A model generated the notes under the pieces. It did not search any database. It was not told the DNA's origin and saw only the letters and a program-made list of their open reading frames with translations. A program made the translations under genes and the position numbers. 17,077 nt of DNA from Chthonomonadales bacterium (GTDB taxonomy: Bacteria > Armatimonadota > Chthonomonadetes > Chthonomonadales > CAJBBX01). This document shows, piece by piece, positions 9,037-17,027 of the stretch. Where the stretch lies: NCBI GenBank assembly GCA_037443035.1, contig JBBIPC010000037.1:1-17077 (forward strand). The letters run 5' to 3'. The number at the start of each line of letters is the position of its first letter. Position 1 is the first letter of the stretch.

Positions 9037-10018
9037 CCGGCATCACCTCGTCCTGCGTCGGCTCGGTAAACGCGTCCGAGACTGCTTGCGCCTCCGCCTC
9101 GTCTTCCGCTGCAGACTCTGCCGACGGCATGCTGACTACGTATTTGCCCTGGCCGATGGCGACCTCGTCTCCTTCCGCAAGGGCGATGGGTGTGTTCGGG
9201 GCCAGACGCTGACCGTTGACGAAGGTACCGTTGGTGCTACCAAGGTCCGTGATTTCGAGCTTGCCGTCGGAGGCTGTGATGCTGGCATGTCGGCCAGAGA
9301 CATACGGATCCTCGGCGACCACGTGATCGCTCGGTGGACGTCGGCCGATGGTCATGGTGCCGGCATAGACGACGATATCCTGCCCATGTCCGCTCGCTGC
9401 GAGCAGATAGGCTACGGCAGGACCGGCTGGCTCGGTACGAACGGGTGCCGTCGGCTGTGTGTCCTGGTCTGCCTGCGGCGGCATGGCTTGGGTTACATCC
9501 GCAGGGAGACCTGAGTCGGGACCATCGAGCCGGAGAGTGACGTTGCCCAGTTGCAGCAGGGAGCCAGCTCGGATCGCCTGGGGAATGTTGGCAGGGATGC
9601 CGGCGCCATCCAGGCGCGTACCGTTGGTGCTGCCCAGATCCGTGATCGTCAGTCCAGTGTCACTCACCGTCACGACGGCATGACGGCGCGAAACGGTGCT
9701 ATCCACGAGCAGCACATCGCCACCTTCGCGGCCGATAAGGTTCTCCCCCGTGCGCAGCGAGTAACGACGGCCCGTCCTGTCGTCCACGAGGCTGAACGGA
9801 CATCCGCCCGTGTCCGCTTCGTCGGCGGGTGTACCTGGCTGAGAGGAGAGGAGGAATCCACACTCGGAGCAATAGGTCTCGAGTGCCGGATTCACCGTAC
9901 TGCAGACGGGGCAGACCACCGTACCTCCCATCTGGGTCGCTTCAGGGGCGACAGCGACCCCTGTAGCTGCTGCGACCTGTTCGTTGCCGAGGACGCGGGT
10001 CTTCTCGGGCTCTTCCAT
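9029..10018 (-). CDS. Zinc-ribbon + tandem FHA domain protein (329 aa)
   Basis: CPVC-x10-CSEC; FHA1 IGR..VSRRHA..GSTNGT; FHA2 IGR..VSGRHA..GSTNGT; acidic C-terminal tail; AGGAGA RBS. Confidence 0.92.
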   Translation of the reverse strand: MEEPEKTRVLGNEQVAAATGVAVAPEATQMGGTVVCPVCSTVNPALETYCSECGFLLSSQPGTPADEADTGGCPFSLVDDRTGRRYSLRTGENLIGREGGDVLLVDSTVSRRHAVVTVSDTGLTITDLGSTNGTRLDGAGIPANIPQAIRAGSLLQLGNVTLRLDGPDSGLPADVTQAMPPQADQDTQPTAPVRTEPAGPAVAYLLAASGHGQDIVVYAGTMTIGRRPPSDHVVAEDPYVSGRHASITASDGKLEITDLGSTNGTFVNGQRLAPNTPIALAEGDEVAIGQGKYVVSMPSAESAAEDEAEAQAVSDAFTEPTQDEVMPDE

Positions 10019-10030
10019 GGTGATCGTCTC

Positions 10031-11371
10031 CTATTCCTTCCGCTTGCCTTGGTCGAGGTCGTAGATCGTGCCGATGAGCGTCTTCTCCACGCTGCCTCCC
10101 TGCTGAATGGCTTCCATGGCCATGGTGACCTCGCGTGCTTCTTCATCCCTTCCGGCCTGCATCAGGACGGTGCGCGTTCGCTGGAGCTCCTGTAGAGCAC
10201 CCATGGCCGTGAGCTGCTGCGTTCGCATGCCCATCATCGTCTTCTCCAGGTTGCGAGAGGCCAGGTGGACCTCCAGCTCCTGCCTGACGATGGGATCCCG
10301 GTGGGTCTCGACGAGAGAACGATCCGGTGTGAACTCGATAACCGCATCGCCCGTGAGCATCTCCGTCCGTCCGGTCATGGCGTCATCGTAGGTGACTTCC
10401 ACCCTGGCGAAGCGGTACGTGCCGGGAACATGCTTGTCGAACTCCCACTCGGACAGACTCGCCACGGCGCTGCCCCGTTCGACGTCTGCAAGGGTATAGT
10501 CCACGATCCGCTGGCCGAACTGCGGCGCCGCGGCTCCGTAGACATAGCGGCACTGGACGCCCCTGGGCGCGTGCAGGCGCACACGAACGTTCTTGGCCAC
10601 GATGGTCATCAACGTCTCGAGCTCACGGCGAAAGACCTCGGGGATGAGGCTGGGTTGGGCGATGTAGTAGTAATTGCCGCCACTCCGCCTGGCAATGCCC
10701 GCCATGAGTTCCTCGTTGTACTCCGATCCGAAGCCGAGGGCGGTGATCGTGATGCCCGCCTGCTTCTGCTGCGCCACCTGCTGCACGATAGCGCCGAAGT
10801 CCTTGATGCCCGCCGTGGGTTCGCCGTCGGTAAGAAGGAGCACACGGTTCAGGTAGCCGGGAAGCCGCACGGACGCGACTTGCATGCAGCCGGTCATCAT
10901 GCCGTCGTAAAGGTTCGTCGTATTGCCAGGTTGGATGCGGGCGATGTGCTCCTTGATGAGCGCTTTGTTGACCACGCGGCGAGCGGGCATGACCACCTCG
11001 ACCTGCTCCTCGAAGGTGACGATGGAGAGGACGTCTGAGGGTTCGAGCAGGTCCACCACGTAGCTGCACGCCCGCTTGACGAACTCCAGCGGCTCTCCTT
11101 CCATGGACCCAGAGCGGTCAATGACGAGGGAGATGTTGAGAGGCATGCGCCTCCCGATTGCGTTCGCAGGGGCTCTCAGCATGAGGAGCAGATGCTCGCG
11201 TGACACTCCCCCGGCCCAGGCGTAGCGGCTACCTGGCACGACGTCCAGTTCCAAAGCCCTGAGGGGTACCCCAGTGGCGGTTCTGCCGACGTCCGGAACA
11301 CCTCCCGTCACGACGGTCCGGTTCGGGTCCGCCGGTAAGGGTTGACCTAGCTGCTGCGTCTTGTCTTCCAT
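10031..11371 (-). CDS. von Willebrand factor A (vWA) domain protein, YfbK-like (446 aa)
   Basis: PLNISLVIDRSGSM (MIDAS DxSxS), GNTTNL, LLLTDG, ITALGFG..YNEELM..IA..SGGNYYY. No signal peptide; GGAG RBS. Confidence 0.92.
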   Translation of the reverse strand: MEDKTQQLGQPLPADPNRTVVTGGVPDVGRTATGVPLRALELDVVPGSRYAWAGGVSREHLLLMLRAPANAIGRRMPLNISLVIDRSGSMEGEPLEFVKRACSYVVDLLEPSDVLSIVTFEEQVEVVMPARRVVNKALIKEHIARIQPGNTTNLYDGMMTGCMQVASVRLPGYLNRVLLLTDGEPTAGIKDFGAIVQQVAQQKQAGITITALGFGSEYNEELMAGIARRSGGNYYYIAQPSLIPEVFRRELETLMTIVAKNVRVRLHAPRGVQCRYVYGAAAPQFGQRIVDYTLADVERGSAVASLSEWEFDKHVPGTYRFARVEVTYDDAMTGRTEMLTGDAVIEFTPDRSLVETHRDPIVRQELEVHLASRNLEKTMMGMRTQQLTAMGALQELQRTRTVLMQAGRDEEAREVTMAMEAIQQGGSVEKTLIGTIYDLDQGKRKE

Positions 11372-11403
11372 AGCTTGTGACTCCGCAAGGCCGACGAGTT
11401 GGC

Positions 11404-12924
11404 CTATTCGTAGCGATAACTGCCCGCGCCCATCTGAATAATGTCACCCAGGGCGAGCGGCTGAGTCTGAATACGTACTCCGTTGACGAAGGTGCCGTTG
11501 GAGGATCCCTCGTCCACCAGTACATGTACTCCGGCTTGTTCTTCGATACGGGCGTGTCGCCGAGACACAGACGGGTCCTGCGCCAGGACAATGTCCCGCG
11601 CCGCATCACGACCGATGGACACGACCGGCAGGGAGAGCGCAAAGCTCTGGCCTGCATGAGGACCGTCCAGCGCGACGAGACGACTTCCCTGAGCGGCAAG
11701 AGGAACTGCGCCAAGAGGACCTGCGGTGTAGGTCGGCGCCAAACCCGCCTCTGCGACCGTGGCGCCAGGACCGGCCGACATCGCTGGTGGAGGCACGGGT
11801 GAAGGGCCACCACTCCCGCCCGTGGCGGCGCCGACCGTGCAAAGGCAGTTTCCTGCGGCGTCCTTCGGTGCACCGCAGAACTGGCAGAGGTTGCTCGGCA
11901 CGCTTAGGTGACCTGGCTGCTGTTTGCCGGTTGCCAGGTCCTTGCGCGGGCTGGCAACACGGGAGGCCGTGGCCTTCTCACGGAACAAGAGACGGACCTG
12001 GCCCAGTTGGATCATGTCGCCGTCCTTCAAGACCGCCTTCTGCACGCGCTGGCCATTGACCATGACGCCCACAGGCGCGCCACCATCGAGCAGGACGTGA
12101 CGATTGTTCTCCATGGAGATGGCAGCGTGCTGGGGGGCCAGCGAAGGATCGGCGAAGAGGGGTATGTCGGCTCGTTCGTCTCTCCCAAGGATGGTCAAGG
12201 GGCGCGAGATGATGTAGTCGCGTCCTTCGTTGCGTCCGACGAGGACACGCACCCATGCCTGCTTCATCATCTCCTCGACGAGGCCGATGAAGAAGCCGGT
12301 CAGTGTGCCGATTGCCGTGAAGCCCACAGCCCGACTCGGTCCGCCTATCTCGATGATCTGCGGACCGCTAACGGAGGCCGAAGCCATGCCCTGGAGAGGC
12401 TGAGAGAACAGGGTGGCCACCAGGTCGAACGCGAAGCCTCCAACGAACCCGCCGAGGAGACCTCCGACCAAGCCATGAACCGCTCGCTTGCCAGAAAGGG
12501 TTGCCGCACCAGCGGCCAGTCCGGGGAACGCTCCGAGGAAGGTCCATCCCAGGGCCCGCGCGAGCACAGCGTGGGTGAAGTCCAGCAGACCGCGGCTCTG
12601 CGCGAGCAAGAAGGGGTCCTTGCCGAACAGGGCGGCATTGTAGACAATGCTCCCGACGTAGACGCCGAACATGCCACCGACGGTGCCAATGGCGGCACCG
12701 CGAATGGTGCCTCGCAAGAGCGTGCGTGCCGAGCCCGTCACAACGCCCTCGACCGCACCGATTCCGATGCCGAGCATGACGCCCACCAGCACGCCGAGCT
12801 TGAGCATTTCGGGCATGGGTGGTGTCAAGACAGGGTCGTGGACGACGAGGCGTTCCTGCAGCAAGAATCCGAGAAAGCCTGCCGCAGCGCCGAAGAGCGT
12901 GCTGACGAGGATGCGAGAACGCAT
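11404..12924 (-). CDS. Polytopic Gly-rich membrane protein with FHA, Cys motif and FHA (506 aa)
   Basis: About 6 hydrophobic GxxxG-rich segments in aa 1-216, FHA-like domain (LGRD..APQH), CQFC-x9-CLC, Pro/Ala/Gly linker, canonical FHA (IGRD..VSRRHA..SSNGT). GAGGT RBS. Confidence 0.88.
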   Translation of the reverse strand: MRSRILVSTLFGAAAGFLGFLLQERLVVHDPVLTPPMPEMLKLGVLVGVMLGIGIGAVEGVVTGSARTLLRGTIRGAAIGTVGGMFGVYVGSIVYNAALFGKDPFLLAQSRGLLDFTHAVLARALGWTFLGAFPGLAAGAATLSGKRAVHGLVGGLLGGFVGGFAFDLVATLFSQPLQGMASASVSGPQIIEIGGPSRAVGFTAIGTLTGFFIGLVEEMMKQAWVRVLVGRNEGRDYIISRPLTILGRDERADIPLFADPSLAPQHAAISMENNRHVLLDGGAPVGVMVNGQRVQKAVLKDGDMIQLGQVRLLFREKATASRVASPRKDLATGKQQPGHLSVPSNLCQFCGAPKDAAGNCLCTVGAATGGSGGPSPVPPPAMSAGPGATVAEAGLAPTYTAGPLGAVPLAAQGSRLVALDGPHAGQSFALSLPVVSIGRDAARDIVLAQDPSVSRRHARIEEQAGVHVLVDEGSSNGTFVNGVRIQTQPLALGDIIQMGAGSYRYE

Positions 12925-12932
12925 GGCCGTGG

Positions 12933-14309
12933 CTAGACCTCGAACCGGAACCGTGTGTTGCCGATCTGGACCTCGTCTCCAGGACGGATGGGCTGGGAGC
13001 CAGTTATCCTGACGCCATTGACGAACGTGCCATTGGATGACCCCTCATCGGTTAGCACGTAGGCGCCAGCCTCGGCACGCAGGGTGGCATGCCTGCGCGA
13101 GACGGTGTTGTCGTTGGGAAGCGCGATGGTGTTCGTCGGCTCCCGCCCGATGGTCGCCGTTCCGTCAATGGTGAAGATAGCACCCGAATAGACTCCAACC
13201 GTGCCGATGAGGCGCGGCTGAGCGACACCTACCGCCGACGACGGTGCCGTGACCACGCCATCGCTGGGCAGTGCCGAGCAAGCGCAGTTACCGGCCGCAT
13301 CCTTCTTCTGGCCACAGAACTGGCATAGCGTGGGATCGGAGACGACCGGCGGCGGAGGTGCGTTCGGCTGCCATGGTGTGTTGGAGGCAGACTCGGGTTG
13401 CGGACCGCTGACCTCGATGCCTACCTTCTTGAGAGTGGCTGCCATGCCTCCGGAGAGGGACCAGCGATAGAGAAGATAGATGGCGCCGGCGCCAATGACG
13501 AGACCGAGCAGTGTGCCGAGCCAGCCGGCGAGTCCGCCACCGCCCCCCATCGTTCCAGCTGACGGAGAGGAGGAACCGCCAGCCTGCTCCCTCGATTTGC
13601 GGACATCACCGGCTTCGGACTCGGCAGAAGGAGAGGTCTGTTCCACCGTCGGAACGCGATTGGCCACTGCGACGCTGATCACCAGAGGGCCGGGAGCCTG
13701 GCCTCCAGCGATATCAACGTCCTGCGCTTGTGTAAACCCATCGCCATAGACAACGGTTACACGAGCCCGACCCATGGGAATATCTTCGAATACCGCGATG
13801 CCATCCTTTGCCGGGTCCAGAATGCGGGTCACCGAGGCTTCGCCACGAGGCTCCAGCGTCACCTTGGCCACGGAGACGGGCTTGCCCTGGTAGGTCACCT
13901 TGACGTCCAGTTCGCGGACGTGATCGAAGTCGGTGGCCTTCAGATCCAGAACGCCGTTACGCGGACCGTTGGGACCGGCCAGAGGACGAATGGCCGAAAT
14001 GCCCGATCGCACGTTATCCACGGCGATACGTGCCTTGCTGCCAAGCTCTGTGGGTTTGTACTTGACCTTGAACGTACGGTCCAAGAAGCGGATGGGGAGC
14101 TGAGCAGGCTGTTTGGCGTCGGCGGAAGGCAGAAAGCGCACGAGGTGCTCCCCTTCGTCAGGCACGCTAATGGTCAGCTCGACCTCAGCGCTGCCAGGGT
14201 TCGGCCTGGCCTGCTGGGCAACCGCCACGGCCGGCACCCATGCGAGGGCTGCTGCCGTGGCTAGGATGAACCATTGCGGTTGCATCCTGAGTTGCGGAGT
14301 TCGTTTCAT
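12933..14309 (-). CDS. Signal-peptide, single-pass membrane protein with extracytoplasmic beta-rich domains, cytoplasmic Cys motif and FHA (458 aa)
   Basis: Start placed at ATG 14309 (AAGGAG RBS; ATGA overlap with the nnr stop) rather than the ORF-track start 14546. Signal peptide FILATAAALAWVPAVAVA/Q, TM WLGTLLGLVIGAGAIYLLY, CQFC-x9-CAC, FHA IGRE..VSRRHA..SSNGT. Confidence 0.87.
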   Translation of the reverse strand: MKRTPQLRMQPQWFILATAAALAWVPAVAVAQQARPNPGSAEVELTISVPDEGEHLVRFLPSADAKQPAQLPIRFLDRTFKVKYKPTELGSKARIAVDNVRSGISAIRPLAGPNGPRNGVLDLKATDFDHVRELDVKVTYQGKPVSVAKVTLEPRGEASVTRILDPAKDGIAVFEDIPMGRARVTVVYGDGFTQAQDVDIAGGQAPGPLVISVAVANRVPTVEQTSPSAESEAGDVRKSREQAGGSSSPSAGTMGGGGGLAGWLGTLLGLVIGAGAIYLLYRWSLSGGMAATLKKVGIEVSGPQPESASNTPWQPNAPPPPVVSDPTLCQFCGQKKDAAGNCACSALPSDGVVTAPSSAVGVAQPRLIGTVGVYSGAIFTIDGTATIGREPTNTIALPNDNTVSRRHATLRAEAGAYVLTDEGSSNGTFVNGVRITGSQPIRPGDEVQIGNTRFRFEV

Positions 14310-15826
14310 TGACCAAGCTCCTTCAATGCGTCCGCCAGACTCTCGGCGATGTCGCCGGCGATTAGACCGTGCTCGCCTCGGCAGTTCCTCGCAATATCGC
14401 CAGCGAGACCGTGGACGAAAGCCGCCAAGCATGCCGCTTCGTAAGGTGGTAGGCCCTGGGCGAGAAGAGACCCCACGACGCCTGTAAGGACATCGCCGCT
14501 TCCACCCGTAGCCATACCAGGATTGCCCATGGTTACGATGGTGCACGAGTCTTGCTGGGGGCTAGCCGTGCTATGACAGATTACGGTGCCAGCACCCTTG
14601 AGAATCGCGATGCAGCCGTATCTGTCAGCGAGTTGCCGGGCCGCGCTCAGCCGGTTGCTCTGTACAGTAGCGGTGTCGGTGCCGAGCAGGTGGGCGCATT
14701 CACCTGGATGAGGGGTCATGACCGTCGGTGCACGGCGGCTCCTGACGATAGCCTCGTGCCCTGCGATGGCCCACAGGCCGTCAGCATCCATGACCAGCGG
14801 AAGGGTGCATTGGGCGACACACTGCCGCGCGAACGCCGCCGCCTGCGGTGTCCGACCCAACCCTGGCCCCAGGCAGCAAACGGTTGCGCGTTCGAGGGAG
14901 GCTGCCAGTCCGTCCATGCTCTCGGCTGCCAGGGTGCCGTGGTCTTCGGCTAACGGGACGGTCATGGCTTCGGGAATATTAGCGGCGACGATGGGCTGGA
15001 CAGATCGAGGAGTTGCCACTGTGACCAGGCCGGCGCCCGATCGAAGCGCTCCCCGTGCGGCCAAGGAGGGGGCTCCGGACATACCCGCAGATCCCCCGAT
15101 AATCAGGACGTGTCCGAAAGCACCCTTGTGTGCATCCCGAGGACGTCTCGGGAGTGCAACGCGTGCCTCGGTCATGCCGTACCAACGGCAACAGGTAGGG
15201 ACGCCCGTTCGGGACCAATCCATGCCGATGGCGTCTACCACCACACGCCCGGCGAACGCGGCTCCGGGGTAAAGCAAGAGACCCGGCTTGGGATAGCCGA
15301 ACGTCACTGTCACATCGGCTCGGACAACCTCACCTGGCACCGTGCCACTGTCCGCGTCCACGCCCGACGGCACATCCACGGCGACCACAGGCAATCCCGA
15401 GGCGCGGATCTCGCGAATGGCCTGGGCGATCGCTCCCCGCGGCGCACCGGACGACCCCGTCCCCAGTAGCGCATCCACCAGCACGGCTTCGCCAGACCGC
15501 GATGACGGCTCGAGACCCAGGGAGCGTAGAATGCGCAGGTTTGTCAGGGCATCGCCCTGTATGCGTTCAGGATCGCCCAGGATCTCGTAGGTGACGCCAT
15601 GCCCGCTGAGCAGGAGATGTCGTGCCGCTACGAAGCCGTCTCCGCCGTTGTTGCCGGTACCGCAGAGGAGATGAACGCGTCGCAGGTCAGTGTGCCCGCA
15701 AAGCGCCATCACTTCGCGTGCTACAGCAGCGCCGGCGTTCTCCATGAGGACGACGCCAGGGACGCCGAGCTTCTCGATGGCGACACGGTCCATTTCTCTC
15801 ATCTGCGCGGTAGTGGCAATATGCAT
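14306..15826 (-). CDS. nnr: Bifunctional NAD(P)H-hydrate epimerase/dehydratase (NnrE-NnrD fusion, YjeF; 506 aa)
   Basis: MRxxD..LMENAG, CGTGNNGGDG, VDALLGTG, AVDVPSG (epimerase); HKGAFG..IIGGS..GA, GPGLG, DADGL, TPHPGE, LKGAGT, MATGGSGDVLTG (dehydratase). Confidence 0.96.
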   Translation of the reverse strand: MHIATTAQMREMDRVAIEKLGVPGVVLMENAGAAVAREVMALCGHTDLRRVHLLCGTGNNGGDGFVAARHLLLSGHGVTYEILGDPERIQGDALTNLRILRSLGLEPSSRSGEAVLVDALLGTGSSGAPRGAIAQAIREIRASGLPVVAVDVPSGVDADSGTVPGEVVRADVTVTFGYPKPGLLLYPGAAFAGRVVVDAIGMDWSRTGVPTCCRWYGMTEARVALPRRPRDAHKGAFGHVLIIGGSAGMSGAPSLAARGALRSGAGLVTVATPRSVQPIVAANIPEAMTVPLAEDHGTLAAESMDGLAASLERATVCCLGPGLGRTPQAAAFARQCVAQCTLPLVMDADGLWAIAGHEAIVRSRRAPTVMTPHPGECAHLLGTDTATVQSNRLSAARQLADRYGCIAILKGAGTVICHSTASPQQDSCTIVTMGNPGMATGGSGDVLTGVVGSLLAQGLPPYEAACLAAFVHGLAGDIARNCRGEHGLIAGDIAESLADALKELGQ

Positions 15827-15832
15827 GAATGT

Positions 15833-15861
15833 ATCTTAGTCCAAATGCCTTTCGCTGGCAA
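15833..15861 (-). promoter_or_regulatory. Sigma70-type promoter TTGCCA-N17-TAAGAT, probably giving a leaderless nnr transcript
   Basis: Minus strand: -35 TTGCCA (15861-15856), 17-nt spacer, -10 TAAGAT (15838-15833), 6 nt, then the ATG at 15826. No Shine-Dalgarno. Confidence 0.65.
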
Positions 15862-16006
15862 TCTGCCCAGCAGGAAGATCACGCAGTAGAAACCCAGACG
15901 GAACGAGGGAGGTTTCCGCAACCGCTCGATTGGTGGGCGTTGGTGTGCTTAGGAACACGGTCGGCGCGGTACACTGAACTACTCGCAAGTTGCAAGGAAC
16001 ACGGAC

Positions 16007-16999
16007 ATGCTCAAAGTAGTGGTCATCGGCATGGGTCCCATCGGGAATCTCCATGCCCGTATCTATCGAGAGGACCCTCTGGCGGAACTCGTCGGCGTCT
16101 GCGACATCATTCCCGAACGTGCGGAAGCGGCATCGAGAGAACATGGTGTGCCCGGATTTCTCAACGCAGAGGAGATGCTGGAGCGCCTCCACCCGGATGT
16201 GGCCAGCATTGCCACGGGCGGCATCGAGTACGGCAGCGATCATTACCTCCCCACCATGCAGGCGCTGGAGGCAGGTTGCCACGTGCTTTGCGAGAAGCCC
16301 ATCTGCAATGAGATCGAGCCGGCGGAGGAGATGGTCGCCAAGGCCAAGGAGAAGGGACTCTGTTTCGGCATTGACTTCAATCACCGCTTCACGCCTGCAG
16401 CCCGCATCGCCAAACGATGGCAGAACGAGGGACGATTGGGTCATCTGCTGTTCGTCAACATGGCCATGTGGATCGGGAACCCCAACGAAAGCTCGCCCTA
16501 TTTCCACCTCAAAGCGCTCCATCCGCATACGATTGACGTCATGCGTCACTTCTGCGGCGATGTCGAGGCGGTGCAGTGCTTCGCGACGAAGGCTCCGGGC
16601 CGCAAGATCTGGTCCACGGCGCAGTTCAACATGCGGTTCAAGAACGGCGTTGTCGGATCTCTCACGGGTTCTTACGACATTGCGCGGGGGCATCCCATGG
16701 AGCGCTGCGAAGTGGCAGGCACGCAGGGGAGATTCGTGCTGGAGGACATGTGGCGAGAGGTGACCCTCTATCCGGCCGAGACATACGAGAAGATCGTCTA
16801 TACGAATCCGGTGTTCGGTGGTTACCGGGACTTCCAGGATACGTTTCGGGCACGGCTGCACCGGTTCCTCGAGCAGGTCTCCGAAGGTGCGTCTCCCGAG
16901 GAGATAGACGGCTCCGGCGAGGACGGGCTCGCTGCACAGAAGGTCATCGCAGCCGCCATCAAGTCGCTGGAGAACGAGACCGTCGAATACGTGCGGTAA
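16007..16999 (+). CDS. Gfo/Idh/MocA family NAD(P)-dependent oxidoreductase (330 aa)
   Basis: Rossmann VVIGMGPIG, AGCHVLCEKP motif, FNHRF, HTID. AAGGAA RBS; possible -10 TACACT at 15970-15975. Confidence 0.93.
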   Translation: MLKVVVIGMGPIGNLHARIYREDPLAELVGVCDIIPERAEAASREHGVPGFLNAEEMLERLHPDVASIATGGIEYGSDHYLPTMQALEAGCHVLCEKPICNEIEPAEEMVAKAKEKGLCFGIDFNHRFTPAARIAKRWQNEGRLGHLLFVNMAMWIGNPNESSPYFHLKALHPHTIDVMRHFCGDVEAVQCFATKAPGRKIWSTAQFNMRFKNGVVGSLTGSYDIARGHPMERCEVAGTQGRFVLEDMWREVTLYPAETYEKIVYTNPVFGGYRDFQDTFRARLHRFLEQVSEGASPEEIDGSGEDGLAAQKVIAAAIKSLENETVEYVR

Positions 17000-17027
17000 G
17001 CGGCGGCGGCAGCAGATGCCGGCGCCT

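Noticed and set aside
10265..12936. Plus-strand ORFs 10265-11038 and 11908-12936
   Set aside because: Antisense shadows of the vWA and membrane-FHA genes; no domain signatures.
8158..14309. Type VI/VII secretion accessory cluster (Fha/PppA-like)
   Set aside because: No structural secretion genes (TssB/C, Hcp, VgrG, FtsK/EccC, WXG100) are present in the window.
14310..14546. 79-aa N-terminal extension of the FHA membrane protein in the ORF track
   Set aside because: It overlaps nnr out of frame and is Arg-rich noise; ATG 14309 has an AAGGAG RBS and is followed by a signal peptide.
15836..16861. 341-aa minus-strand ORF that could extend the nnr operon upstream
   Set aside because: It is antisense to a clear Gfo/Idh/MocA gene, has no motifs, and overlaps the predicted nnr promoter.
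17000..17027. Possible intrinsic terminator after the oxidoreductase
   Set aside because: Only a weak GC stem and no U-tract.
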